Shown piece after piece: positions 28,166-41,937 of a stretch of DNA of 64,000 nucleotides. The first letter of the stretch is position 1. Each line of letters begins with the position of its first letter. Where the stretch lies: NCBI RefSeq assembly GCF_006345805.1, contig NC_043006.1:13268001-13332000 (forward strand). The letters run 5' to 3'. The position numbers and the translations under genes were made by a program. Source of the stretch: Octopus sinensis (taxonomy: Eukaryota). The notes below the pieces were generated by a model. The model did no database searches and was not told the origin of the DNA. It worked only from the letters and a program-made list of their open reading frames with translations.

Positions 28166-28357
28166 ATCAAAGAATATATATACATATATATATACATATA
28201 TATATATATATATGTATGTCTGTATGTATGTATGTATGTCTGTATGTATGTATGTATATATATTTGTATGTATGTATGTATGTATGTATGTATGTATATA
28301 GAAAGAGAGAAAGGGGTAAAGAGAGAGAGGGAGAGAGATCCAATAGGGTATATAATA

Positions 28358-28590
28358 CCTATTTCTTTATTACCCACAAGGGGCTAAACACAGAGAGGAC
28401 AAACAAGGACAGACATAGGTATTAAGTCGATTACATCGACCCCAGTGCGTAACTGGTACTTAATTTATCGACCCCGAAAGGATGAAAGGCAAAGTCGACC
28501 TCGGCGGAATTTGAACTCACAACGTAACGCAGACGAAATACCGCTAAGCATTTCGCTCGGCGTACTAACGTTTCTGCCAGCTCGCCACCT
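28358..28590 (-). mobile_element. SINE family A
   Basis: Full-length reverse copy. Confidence 0.88.
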
Positions 28591-28977
28591 TTCCATATAA
28601 TACCACTTGCTAAAATCAGAGCCAATGCTCTAGAAACCACTATAAGCTCACGATGAAGATGCACATAAGTTATGCAATGAACATATGAGAAATAGGCTTA
28701 TTTTGCGTTGAATACATCAGTAAGGAGTGTATATTTCAATATCGATTTTCATGCTTTACATGACAAACACACTCTACGACCTTCGGTTGAAAATAACATT
28801 TTAACATCTACTTCTAAAATATTCACTTCATTAGCTCGTGTGCATTCCTTACTTTAAACGAACCGCTCGGTTTAACAGTGTGAACTTGCTAATGTGTATA
28901 TGTTTGTGTATGTGTGTTTATATGTATATATATATATATATGTATGCATATATACATATATACACCTATATATACAC

Positions 28978-29008
<31 letters not shown>

Positions 29009-29236
29009 CATATACATATATATATACATCTATATATACGTATATAATATATATATATATATACATATATACATATATACAGTTATATACACACACATAT
29101 ATATATACCATTACTTTATTATCTCGCCTGCTTCCTAGCTCTCCTGTCTAACTATCTTTGTCCAGCTGGTCGCCATGATTGACCGCTAACACCAAAAGTT
29201 TTTTGTTCTTTCTCTCTCTGTTTCTTTCCTCGTGTT

Positions 29237-29274
29237 CTTTTCTGTTGAAGAGCGTAGGTTCGAAACGTAAAAGA
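29237..29274 (+). ncRNA. Minimal hammerhead-like motif (variant core)
   Basis: uuuu CUGUUGAA GAGC guag GUUC GAAA CGUA aaag. Host element about 29110-29362 is flanked by (TA)n. Confidence 0.55.
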
Positions 29275-29901
29275 CCTTCTCACCTTCCTGAGCGTCAAAC
29301 TAGTACACCTACTTGTTGTTTATACACCTGACTTCGTCTTTTGTTTTTCTATAATTTCAACTATATATATATATCTATATATATATATATATATAACTAT
29401 ATATATATATATAAGTATTACATATATATATACATGTATATACATACATAGATATAATTATAATATATATATACACATATATATATACATATATATATAT
29501 ACAACACATATATACAATATATATATTATATACACATATATATATATACACACATATATAAATACAAATATTATACATATATACATATATACTATATATG
29601 TAAACATACATACACACACACACACAACACACACATATATACATATATATATTATATTATATATATATATATATATATAAACATGTATAAAAATATTGAG
29701 GATGTAATTTCCTCGTAGGGAATTTTTAAAGCCTCCGGATATATGGATAAATTGTCCAATAATGTGTAAAGTTAATTAAAGCAAATGGAGAAGAAATTTA
29801 GAGGATTCTTAGTTAATTTTATTTGTATCTCGAAGTAAGTAATAAATTTAAGATTTGAGATTAAAAGGAACAGAATCAATAAAAGAAATAAACATAAAAT
29901 T

Positions 29902-30007
29902 ATCCTACATATGTTTCAATCCGGCCATTAGGTTCAGATCATCACCATTCAAGTGATGTTTGATGTAAAATAACTCCACATTATATCCGGATATCATCAG
30001 GGAGGAT
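29902..30007 (-). ncRNA. Type I hammerhead-like motif with long loop II
   Basis: Minus strand: ucc CUGAUGA u auccgg...ccggau u GAAAC AUAU GUA gga. Canonical core, palindromic ACAUAUGU stem III, short stem I. Confidence 0.6.
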
Positions 30008-30454
30008 GTTTACTTTCTGGTGGGGAGCAACGAAGAAGCTACGAGGAGGACCGCATTTTCGAATATTCAAATAACGTAAACGATAATTTATTAGAACGCT
30101 GAGGTCGTGTGGGGAGAAATTATCAAATGAAATCTTGCTAAAATACTATAATATATTTGAAAAATAGAACTGTAAGTGTTAAGGGACATAAAGTAGTCGT
30201 TTAATTCGAATATGGGCTGTTAAGGGTATTGAAGACTAAATGAGAGATGAAACAGATTGTTGAGGGGAAAAGAATAAGCATAAAGAGAAAAATAATTCGA
30301 TCTTGTACATCAAAATAACTATTAATTATTTAGCATTTCAATGTACTCACGTATACATTTCATTATTCAGAGAAAAGTTATTGCTTACATACCTCAGAGA
30401 GGAATTTGAATATTTATGCGAAAAAAAATTAAGTAAGGGTTTAAAATAAAATAA

Positions 30455-30697
30455 ATGCGCCATTTTAAAGCCTAGCCAGGCTCATGGGTCGGGTTTCCCG
30501 GTTTCAATGGCGTATGTGTTCCCCAGCTGGATGGGACGCCAGTCCATCGCAGTGTTACTCATTTTTGTCCGCTGAGTGGACTGGAGCGACGTGAAATGAA
30601 GTGTTTTGCTTAAGAACACAACGCATCGCCCGGTCCAGGAATCGAAACCACAATCTTACGATCATGGTGCTGACGCCCTAACCACTAAGCCACGCGA
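30455..30697 (-). mobile_element. SINE family E (tRNA head, Deu/Nin-like and V-like segments)
   Basis: Reverse of gcgtggcttagtggttagg...ccagtccactcag...gcgatggactggcgtcccatccag. Matches 45514-46015. Confidence 0.85.
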
Positions 30698-30837
30698 AGT
30701 AAGGGTATAGAGAAAAAATAGATGGGGAGGGGAATAACGAAATGTGACAAAATGGGAGAAAAGTTGAAGAAGAAGCATACATAATTTTTATGTGGGGTAT
30801 ATGATACAAAAAAGATTAAAAAATTAAAAGGGAAAAG

Positions 30838-31180
30838 CAAATTGACCCCAGGACTTATTCTTTTTAAGCCTAGTACTTATTCTATCGGTCTCTTTTGCCG
30901 AACCGCTAAGTGACGGGGGCGTAAACACACTAGCATCGGTTGTCAAGCGATGTTGGGGGGATAAACACGGACACACAAACATATTCACACACATACATAC
31001 GTAAATACATATATACGACGGGCTTCTTTCAGTTTCCGTCTACCAAATCCACTCACAGGGCTTTGGTCGACCCGAGGCTATAGCAGAAGACACTTGCCCA
31101 AGGTGCCACGCAGTGGGACTGAACCCGGAACTATGTGGTTGGTAAGCAAGCTACTTACCGCACAGCCACTCCTGCGCCTA
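30838..31180 (-). mobile_element. SINE family B
   Basis: Homology to 23420-23830. Confidence 0.88.
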
Positions 31181-31742
31181 CGATATTATTTTACTACGAT
31201 CTTATTTTAGAATGTATTTCGGAGAAAAGTTGAAACAACTAATATAATTTAGCATTTCAATGGAATAAGTTATACTTTCCATTGTTCAAAGAAAAAGTAT
31301 TTGGTATATAAAAAATAATGCACTTACTTGTGAGAGGAATTTACATTTTTATGCGAAAAAATTTTTTAAATGTGAGGAAGCTTTTATAATCCGTTAGATT
31401 TTTCTGAAGTATAAGTATTAAAACTAGTATTCTCCCTTTGATCGCGTGGTTAAATATTTTTCTGTAGGGATTTATTGATGAAAAAATTATCATTTGTTTT
31501 ACTAGAGAATTATAAGATTTGTGGATAATATGGATATATGCATATGTGTACACACGTAGGTTTCTTTAGGTGCATATGTAGATAGATTAAAAGTTTCGCT
31601 AGTAGTTGATGTTGGTTTATAAGGTTTTAGAAAATAAAAGATAAGAAATAAAAAGCCTTAGTAATAGCAAAGTAGGGATTACATGGGAAAAAACAAACAT
31701 CACAAACCTTACATATATATACATATACTTATATATTATATA

Positions 31743-31775
<33 letters not shown>

Positions 31776-31856
31776 GTATAAGTATATGTATTATATATAG
31801 GGAGAGTTTACGAAAAAAACAAAAGACGAAGACAGGTGGTGTACAAAACAAACAGA

Positions 31857-31894
<38 letters not shown>

Positions 31895-32113
31895 ATGAAA
31901 ATACGAATATCAATCATGAATCCAACTACAGACTAAATAAAAAAACTAATAAATACTTAAAAAAACGAACAAACACACACACACCATATATAACCATATA
32001 TAATATTATATATATATATATATACATATATATATGTGTATATATATATATACATATATTTATACATATACCATATACTGCATATATAATATATATATAA
32101 TATATATATATAT

Positions 32114-32688
32114 AATTAAAAATGAGGGTGTCTAAAAGACACCAACATGCCGAAATAGCAGTCGAAACTCTGACTATAAAACCACGTTAAATGTTCATAT
32201 CGCACCATGAGGTAAAGCGGAGGGACAAAACATACAAGCAAAAATTATTGAATAATTCAAGATCCAAGGATTTCTGGTTCTGCTTTAGATAAGCTTTACC
32301 GTCATCAATTGAATATATCAAGGGTACATAAATACAGATATATATATATGCACAGCAAACGATATACTTACATATACGAGCGCCGCACATACATACATAT
32401 GCACGTATGGACACAGCCAGTCTGAATCGCCCGCCAAATCACCGCATAAGTACGATATGGTTAAAATAAGCACCGCAGTGAATATAATAACGAATTATAT
32501 AAATTTATATATGAGGATAATATCGATATTTAAGTGTCGAAATTATCAAGTGGCCAGCATGAAAGAAATACCTTACGAAGGTAAGAAAATTTTTAACAAT
32601 TAAAAATGAGGGTGTCTAAAAGACAACAACATGCCGAAATAGCAGTCGAAACTCTGACTATAAAACCACGTTAAATGTTCATATCGCA
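32114..32688 (-). mobile_element. Penelope-type pLTR-like element: 91-bp direct repeats enclosing a hammerhead motif
   Basis: 32114-32204 equals 32598-32688 with 1 mismatch. Abuts (TA)n. Confidence 0.7.
32255..32314 (-). ncRNA. Type I hammerhead-like motif (U3 variant)
   Basis: Minus strand: auucaa UUGAUGA cggu...acca GAAA UCC UU GGA UC uugaau. Perfect 6-bp stem I and 4-bp stem III. Confidence 0.65.
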
Positions 32689-33108
32689 ATCTATTTGGAT
32701 TTATTCACATTTTTTTCATTCGTATTTTTTAGTCGTATTTCATATCCGTTTTTATTCCTTAAATTTTTTTATGTCTTAAATTTACAAGGTTCATGAATTT
32801 ATTTATTTACTTATTTATATTTATATACTTGTAATTAATTTTGACAAACATAGTGATATATAAGGAGTAGTTATATTTATAAATGTGGGGAAAATAGACA
32901 TGACGATTGGGAGTGCGTAAACATAATGAGTTTTTGAATGAGACTTTGTGTCTTAACAATACCATACGTACCCTCACGAAACATGTGTAGTCCATAATAT
33001 GGAAAATTTTGGGATTATGAATAGTAAGTATAATTTTTAATATCTTATGGCTTGGTTGAGTTAATATCGTTCGGAGTTGATGAAGTTTTGGGTGTTTCTA
33101 TCTCTAAC

Positions 33109-33150
<42 letters not shown>

Positions 33151-33429
33151 AGATAAGAAAATGGAGAAATACATCTAAATCAAATATCAATTACCAGATA
33201 ATACTCAATCACATACTTTATTAAACCACCACATAAGAGACTGTAGGGTTAAATATAAAAAGCAGAACAAATCAGTGTACATAAAAGAGTAATGTTGTAT
33301 AATAAGTAGAATATATATAAAAGAGAATATAAATATAAGTAAGGGTACTTCACTAGCAGTATATTGGATATATGTCATCCCATGGAGGGTTGCATTTACA
33401 ACCCCTATCTCAATTTGTACATATATATA

Positions 33430-33465
<36 letters not shown>

Positions 33466-33594
33466 TGTATGTATGTATGTATGTATGTATGTAGTATGTA
33501 TATATATATATATATAATATATATATATATATTATATATATATATATCCATCTATAAGTTATGTATATATATATATATGCATATGTATAGTAAT

Positions 33595-34060
33595 TGGGCT
33601 CTATAGGACACTCCTTCACTCCTTCATTCCTTCAAGGAATGCCTCAACTGTGGTAAGTATTTCATCTATCAGCGTCATACTGACAACATACTAATGATGG
33701 GTGACTTCCACTTTCCTAGTGTTGATTGTTCCACAAAGTTTGAAACCAGGTTTTTCCACATCAGCCCCTGATAAGGAAGCAATCGAATTCCTTTTTGATT
33801 TCATGGATAAGTTTTTCCTGACCATACTTGTTCTCAAGTCAACAACTTTTCACAAAAACACCTTGGACCTAGTGTTCAATAACCACACTGACACTATCCA
33901 CAATATTGCAGTGAAAAAAACACCACTATTCTCATTCCATGACATGGTTCTCTGCGATCTGAGATCCTACCACCGAAAGATCAAATCCAATGACATATCT
34001 CTGGCCCATCCAATTCACACTATGGATCTTCATAACGCAGACTGAATGCGATCAATCGTG
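33595..34060 (+). mobile_element. LINE apurinic-endonuclease fragment (same lineage as 26596-26790)
   Basis: MMGDF, KNTLDLVFNN..IHNIAV, FSFHDMVLCDL motifs. Confidence 0.75.
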
Positions 34061-34061
34061 A

Positions 34062-35988
34062 TCATTCACAAATTGATTGAGCTTTGATCCTGGGCGTTTC
34101 GGCTCTGCGAAGCACCTCAATGTTGGAAACTCTGTCCTCCCAGGAAATTCTCATGATTCGTCGCAAGCAGCGGCAGTGGAACTGGTCAAGTACTCGCATT
34201 TGCATCCTATACAGCGTCCACGTCCCACAGCCGTAGAGCAGAGAGGTGATGACGACTGCCCTATAGACTGCCAGCTTGGTGGCAAGTCTGATGTCTCGTT
34301 CAGCCCAGACATATGTCCAAAGTCTGCCAAACGAAGCTCCTGCTTTTGCAAGCCTCATGGAGATATCTTTGTCCATGCTGCAGTTTGAAGACAGGCAGTT
34401 TCCCAGGTATGTAAAGCTCTCCACATTGTTCAGAGTTGTGCCCTGAAGCTCATGCGGTGTCAGGCCAGGTGCTGGCTGAAGCATCACTTCAGTTTTTCAC
34501 AGGTTAATGGTCAGTCCGAAGGCTTTTGCTGCTTCTGCGAGAGAAGTGGCAAGTTCTTGCAGGTCTGGTTCATTCAATGCTGCAAGCACATAATCGTCTG
34601 CAAACAGGAAGTCTCTCACTAGGACGTCCAGGATTTTGCCTTCAGACGTCTGAGGTCAAAGAATCGGCCGTCATATCTGTAGCGAATAGTGGCACCAGCA
34701 TCAGACTTTGACAGGGCACGGAAGAGCATAATGGCAAACATGAGGATGAAGAGTGTGGTAGCCAACGTAGCCTTGCTTCATGCAGTTGGAGACTGAGAAT
34801 AGATCAGAGACATCTCCGTTTTCCACGATGAGAGCCATCATGCCATCATGAAAGGACTGGATGATCCTGACGAGCTTTGGTGGACAGCCTAGCTTGGACA
34901 AGATATCCCACACGTCCTCTGGACTGACATCGTCAAAAGCTTTCGTCAGGTCCACGAAGAGGATATAGAGGTTCTAGTTTTGTTCTCGGCACTTCTCTTG
35001 TATCTGTCTATTGTCCCCCTGTTGTTCTTAAATCCACACTGGCTCTCTGAGACCACGTCGTCCAGCAGGTGGTGTATGATGCGGTTCAGAAAAACACGGG
35101 CCATGATCTTTCCTGCGATGCTCATCAATGAGGTGCCTCTGTGATTGTCACAGGAAGCTCTGTCCCCCATGATTTTGTACAGATGCACGATGTTAGCATC
35201 TTTGAAGTCATGCGGCACTGACCCTTCGTCCCAGAACTGCTGTATCAGCTCAGTCAACTTGATGGCAACAGCTTCACCTCCTTCATTGAAAATCTCTGGG
35301 GATATTCCGTCAGGACCAGGTACTTTCCCCACGTGGCCTTCTGAATTTCAGCCAGTGTTTGGGCGTCATCAAGCGACACCAGGACTGGGCGCTGTGGAAT
35401 GTCTTGGATGGCCTGCTGGTCAATCTGGGAAGGTCTCTTTAGAAGTTGACTGAAGTAACGGCAGAGCGTACAGATGGCAATGCATTTAGCGGGGGGAAGG
35501 AAGCATACACGTCTTTCGGGCTGGCAAAGAACTTCTTGGAGTAGTGCTCGTCTGCATACTGTTGTAGTTCTGCAGCCTTGTTTTCTCACCACTTGTCTGT
35601 CATCTGTCGCAGCTCAGTCAGTCTGCACCTTTCCTCTGATGTTCTTGAGGTGGTCGTGCTTGGCTTGGGAGTCTTTGTCGCTGAGCCAGGCTGTGAAGGC
35701 TTCTTTCTTCTCCTGGAGGAGGGTGGTGATCTCCTTGTTGTCAAACCAATCTTGGTGTTTCCGTTTTGTGTGGCCAAGGGTAAAGCTGGCAGAGTCATAC
35801 ACTGCATCCCAGAAGTTGGCCCAGGCCTTCTCAAGGTTTCCCTCTGCTGGCAGATGTCCAAGCTAGTTCGCAAGCTTGGCAATGAGGGTCTCTTTTGTTT
35901 TGGGTTCATTGAGTTTCTGGACGTCCAGTTTCTTTTTAATAACAGCTTTCTGGCGTCTGTGTCAGCTGACGATGGAAAAGGACAGTCT
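34062..35988 (-). mobile_element. RTE-clade LINE remnant (linker plus RT, frameshifted)
   Basis: KHQDWFD, GKVPGPDGISPEIF, FKDANIVHLYK.GDRASCDNHRGTSL, ESQCGF, DLTKAFD, LFADDY, FTYLGN, LLYGCGTW. Confidence 0.93.
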
Positions 35989-35990
35989 GC

Positions 35991-36047
<57 letters not shown>

Positions 36048-36626
36048 ATATGCATATGTATATATATATATATATGCATATGTATATATATATATATGCA
36101 TATGTATATATATATATATATATATATATGCATATATATATGCGTATATATGTATGCATATATATATATATATATGCTCTTCAGCGCAGCTGTAATATTG
36201 TTTGGGTTATCTCCTTCAGCATACTACCAAGCTCTTAAAAACAATGTCAATTCCATACTCCTCCAGTTTCTGAGCATTTTCATTGGTTTTTATATATTTT
36301 AGTTAACGATGTGATGGAGGGTAGAGTAGAAATAGAAAAAGGAAGTATGAGAGAGAGAGTGTGTGTGTGTCTATATATTTAGAGAGATTCAGAGTCTGAG
36401 AGAAGAGAGGAACAGAGAGTGTGTGTGTCTATATATTTAAGAAGATTGAGAGTTTGAGAGAAGAAAGATGGCGTAACGGAGAGAAGTGAAGAGAAAGAAA
36501 AAGAGGCGTGATGGAGAAAAGTGAAGAGTCAGAGGGTGTATGTGTATATTATAGATGTTGAGGGGCTGAGAAAAGATTGTGTGTTTGAGAGAAATGAGAA
36601 GAAAAATATACATATATGTTTGTGTG

Positions 36627-36659
<33 letters not shown>

Positions 36660-36694
36660 ATATCTGTATATATAGATCTATGTGTGTGTGTATA

Positions 36695-36732
<38 letters not shown>

Positions 36733-38242
36733 AACGGATGAGCTATGATACTATTCCACATATACAAAAACAGCCATACTAATAATCCAACATACCTCCA
36801 CCATCAGCTGTCCCACGGATATCATTATGGTTTCGACACCTGGGCTGTACCATTCAATCCGGCGGTGTCAACAACACTAAAATAAGTGTTGTTTGGGAAC
36901 AAACATGCCAGAGAAACCACAACTTTCAAACACATTGAATCTATTTACCGATACTGTTGTACATAGGGTAAATAAATAAACCTATAACCAATTCCTGAAT
37001 ATGTAACTAAACAGCGACCAAACCTTTATGTCATACAAAAAATATTCCCTAGTCTTCTATATATAAAAGTGAAAGATTAATAACCATATTTATTCAATGT
37101 AAATATATATATATATATGTGTGTGTGTACATATATTTATATGTATATGTTTGTATGTATATGTGTGTGAATATATATATATATATGTGTGTGTGAATAT
37201 ATATATATATAATGTTTGTATGTATATATATGTATGTTTATATATATATACATTTATATATATAGTGTGTGTATGTATGTGCACGCACACATGATTGACA
37301 TTAATGCATGCATGTATGAGGCAGTATGTGAGTGTTTGCGTTATGCAGAGGTTATTCACCTTGTTCTTTGACACGTATAAATCTATTCAAGTTAAGTGTT
37401 ATTTTCTTTCGTTCGTACACCTATTGATATGCATAATACATACACAGCCACACACACACAAGTATACTGCTGCCTATGACATACAATACACAAGCTCAGT
37501 GTTGACCTTCGCATAAATATACTCTCGTAGCATAAACACCACATTGCTAAAATTAATTGCAACTTTTTAGCAAACGTATCAGCATCTAATTTTAGCACCA
37601 AAGAGAAGGATATTCTTACCCCAAAAATATAAACGTGACATTCTTAGCGGCCGAAAAACTTGCATTTACCTAAAGTCGTAAACAACTGCAAGGTCACTGT
37701 TAATTCAAAACAGTATCTTCACAATATTGCCCCGGTTTATAGTTTCGTTGAATACGTCACAAACCTTTAGAAATTCTTAGAATTTTAAGAATGTTCTCTC
37801 TCCTTCCTTACTCGACAATAGCCAATCGCTTTGTATTTCCGCCACATATTTTTTTCCAGTATCCCATGACCTGGATCACCTATCCAGAAGCTCACAAAGG
37901 CATATATATATATATATATTCTTTCTCTCCCTTTCCTTCTTTTTCTTTAACACTTCTTTCAGATACAAAAACACACACGCACATGCTCTCTCACTTTCTT
38001 GTACTATCTTATATCCCTCCCCACCACTACACACTCAATAACACTATAAAAATGGTCAAATTTTCCCCAAGAACTTTGTTCAATTTGAAAACTTCACTAG
38101 AATGGACGAAAGCGCTAATATATGATATATGATGTATAAAAACATGTAATATACAAATAAATATCAGTAAATATAAAACCATCCGAATTTCTGAGTACCT
38201 CATTTCTTCTAATATAAAATACTTGTACATCATCTCCAAACC

Positions 38243-38281
<39 letters not shown>

Positions 38282-40009
38282 GCATGTATATACACGTGTA
38301 TGCGTGTGTGAGTCACAAAATCCATAGTGCCACTTGTTAGAAAACCTTACATGAAAATCTCCGAGTAGCTATAGACACACTAAACTAAGAGTAAGTAACG
38401 TTATCCTATACTTCCCAATGATATTGAACACATCTTTTGATTGCAATTAACTTCAGCGTGAAACAAATAATATGCTTTATATTTCCAAGTTTTGAATATC
38501 CTGTGTTGTTATGAAGATACCAAATGAGAATGTTGTATGTACAAGTTAAGAGAAAAGGATTTCATAGACATCAGAACTGACAAGGTTTGCTGTCGTGGGT
38601 TTATGGGTGAGGCGCTGAAATTGATTTCCAAGCGATATTGTAAGGGGCGTTAGAACACTTCAAAGACCAGATGTACAACAATGGTGATTTTTTTTTTTAA
38701 CCTGAATTAATCTGAATTTCATGAGTGTATTTGCCGACTGAATCTGTTTTGAAACAGTTTGACATTAAACTGATGCATAATTAAGAAACTGATTTGGCGT
38801 TAGCAGTGACGCAAATACTAGTGTTTACTACGACTTAACAGTTGCATTGGAATGGACATACATTAGGGTTTGCACAGTTACAGTTCAATTTTATTGAACC
38901 TGTAGAATTTTTAATTATAGAAGTTAATAATGGTCACAGTTTGGAAGATTGATTTTAACGTTTCTGTCAGTTTGTTTATGGCCAAAGTAAATGTTTGGGT
39001 AATACATGTACACATACCCTTTTAAGTTGTTCATTATTATTATTATTATTCTCTCTTCCATGCAGCATTAGATAAGCAGATGTGCCTCGTCATCCATTGC
39101 AAGTGTCAATTGTATTGCACTATCAATACAAGGGAGCCTACCTACTATTGGATTAAAAAGGTCTCCTTTACTTACTGCAATTTTTTATTCTTTCTGTTCA
39201 ATGTTTTCACCATAGTTCCCAATAGTTTTAATCTGGCTTTCATTATTATGGGTGAAAGACTACATCTTTCCATGGCATGAAGGACGGGGACAACTACCAA
39301 CAAGATCACAGTGGCAACATGAAACTTCAAGGTTTGGTTACTTCTATTATGCAGGTCAGAAAATAACGCGAGTTTTATAAGCGTAATCTGAAAATGACGT
39401 CTCTATATAGCAATGGTGAAAGAGAAAGCTTAGCTAATAAGTGAATTAATGAGTTTCAAAGTTTGTGGTTTTGATTATGTTTCTGGTTTAACTGGCATTT
39501 GGATTTTAATGACAGGGTGGGCTGGTAGCAGCATCTACCTTAAGTAAACAGCTTGCTTTTTGAACAAGCAAAAATCTTTACCATAGATTTTCAATCAATA
39601 AAACAATGAAAATCTTAGGGTCTTTGCATATATTCAGATCGTTAGTAATAATAATTCGTTAATAAATGAATAGAAAATATAAATATTATTTTAGCTTCAC
39701 TAATCCTGTTTGTTTCTCGCCCATCTTCTCTCTGAATAGGAAGTTACAAAACTGGCTAACTATTGATTAATGGTTGAATAGCATGCTTCACTCTCTTTTG
39801 TTTAAATGCTCTCCCAAAGTAAATACCTTGTTTTGTTAAATAATCTAAAAAAAAAACTCTTTTGCAGTCTGTTCAATCAATAACACACTGAAAACCGGGG
39901 ATTTTACAGTTTTGGATCGTTAGTAATAATAACTCATTAATAAATAAAGAGCAAACAATAATTTAGATTTAGCAATATCCAGTTTGTTTCCTGCATATCT
40001 ATCTGAACC

Positions 40010-40041
<32 letters not shown>

Positions 40042-40109
40042 AGAATTCCTTGCGTAATAATATAAAAACTCAAGGCTGTGTAGATATATATATATATATA
40101 TATATACGG

Positions 40110-40455
40110 AATGGAAGCACTCCGTCGGCTACGACGACGAGGGTTCCGGTTGATCCGAATCAACGGAACAGCCTGCTCGTGAAATTAACGTGTAAGTGGC
40201 TGAGCACTCCACAGACACGTGTACCCTTAACGTAGTTCTCGGGGATATTCAGCGTGACACAGAGAGTGACAAGGCCGGCCCTTTGAAATACAGGTACAAC
40301 AGAAACAGGAAGAGTGAGAGAAAGTTGTGGTGAAAGAGTACAGCAGGGATCACCACCATCCCTGCCGGAGCCTCGTGGAGCTTTGGGTGTTTTTCGCTCA
40401 ATAAACACTCACTACGACCGCGAGTCCGCTGCCCTAACCACTGGCCATTGCGCCT

Positions 40456-40458
<3 letters not shown>
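40110..40458 (-). mobile_element. SINE family C
   Basis: Near-identical to 985-1368. Confidence 0.88.
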
Positions 40459-40524
<66 letters not shown>

Positions 40525-40857
40525 CAAAGGGATATGAAAAAATCAGTAAGAAAATGAAAACACATAAATAACTATTTACAAATGAAGTCCCTCGGGATAT
40601 TTGTTCTGCATTGAATTTGTTATTCCCTTTTCATTCATGTTACCAGAAAAGCAATGAACCAGCGACTGACCTACAGGAAACGCTATCTAGTGATGCTATT
40701 GTTTACTATATAAGATGATATAAAACATTAACAAGCTGAACATTATAGAATTTTCTCATTATATTTCACTGAACATGAATAACGATTCAGTTTGTTAGTA
40801 GAAAATTCCATGTAAAGAATATTTTACACATACTAGACATTATCTATGCACAACGTA

Positions 40858-41180
40858 CATCATCATCATCATTTAGCGTCCGTTTTCCATGCTAGCATGG
40901 GTTGGACGGTTCAACTGGGGTCTGTGAAGCTGGAAGGCTTCATCAGGCCCAGTCAGATCTGGCAGTGTTTCTACGGCTGGATGCCCTTCCTAACGCCAAC
41001 CACTCGGTGAGTGTAGTGGGTGCTTTTTACGTGCCACCCGCACAGGTGCCAGACAGAGCTGGCAAACGGCCACGAACGGATGGTGCTTTTACGTGTCACC
41101 GGCACGGGGGCCAGGGGAGGCTGGCAACGGACACGAACGGATGGTGCTTTTACGTGCCACCAACACGGGGGCCAGACAGA
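40858..41180 (-). mobile_element. SINE family D ((ATG)n tail, internal approx. 60-bp tandem units)
   Basis: catcatcatttagcgtccgttttccatgctagcatgggttggacgg. Other copies at about 43690, 44200-44610, 48295, 48945, 50690, 51600, 52870, 56275, 57680, 59310, 60895 and 62630. Confidence 0.85.
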
Positions 41181-41231
41181 TTTATGTACGTTATACATAA
41201 ATACATATTTACGTGTATATATACATACAGA

Positions 41232-41522
41232 GGAGGCGCAATGGCCCAGTGGTTAGGGCAGCGGATTCGCGGTTTCGATTCCCAGACCAGGCGTTGTGTT
41301 TATTGATCGAAAACACCTAAAGCTCCACGAGGCTCCGACAGGGGTGGGGGTGGAGATCCCTGCTGTACTCTTTCGCCGCAAATTTCTCTCTCTCTCTCTC
41401 TTTCTTCTGTTGGCCTGCTCGTTCAGCCAGCGGGTTGGCGTCGTTTGAAGGCTAAAACAATGCAAAGCGCATTGTGACCAGCGATGTGTAGCAACATCTG
41501 ATAACCTGGTCGGTCACGTGAT
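41232..41522 (+). mobile_element. SINE family C with third tail type
   Basis: Family C head; tail shared with 54315-54595. Confidence 0.85.
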
Positions 41523-41937
41523 ATACATACAATGTGTGCATGTGTAGTGTTTATATATGTATACCTGCTTGTGTTTCCTTTTCTGAATTTCACAGGAGAG
41601 TAATACACATGAATAATCTTCATACAAACCACGTAATTCATTTCCAGTCTTTCTTGGAAACAGGTAATGTCTGTCAACAAATCAGGTATCTAGCCATTGA
41701 AAACTTGCCTCAATAAATGCCATCTCCTCATACAAGAATCACACACAAAGTAGTTACTACTTGATTAAATGGTACCTGGTTACATTTAAGCCCCTTTTTT
41801 GTTTTTTATTTATTTTATTTAATTTTTATTTCATTTATGCAGGAACACCATTCTATCATTCCCATTTCAATATTTCATTCCTTCAACATTCAGACAGACC
41901 ACAATTTAAATTAACACCTAAGGAAGAATTATAAACA

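Noticed and set aside
26596-35988. LINE ORFs as active elements
   Set aside because: Multiple stops, frameshifts and deletions; all are remnants.
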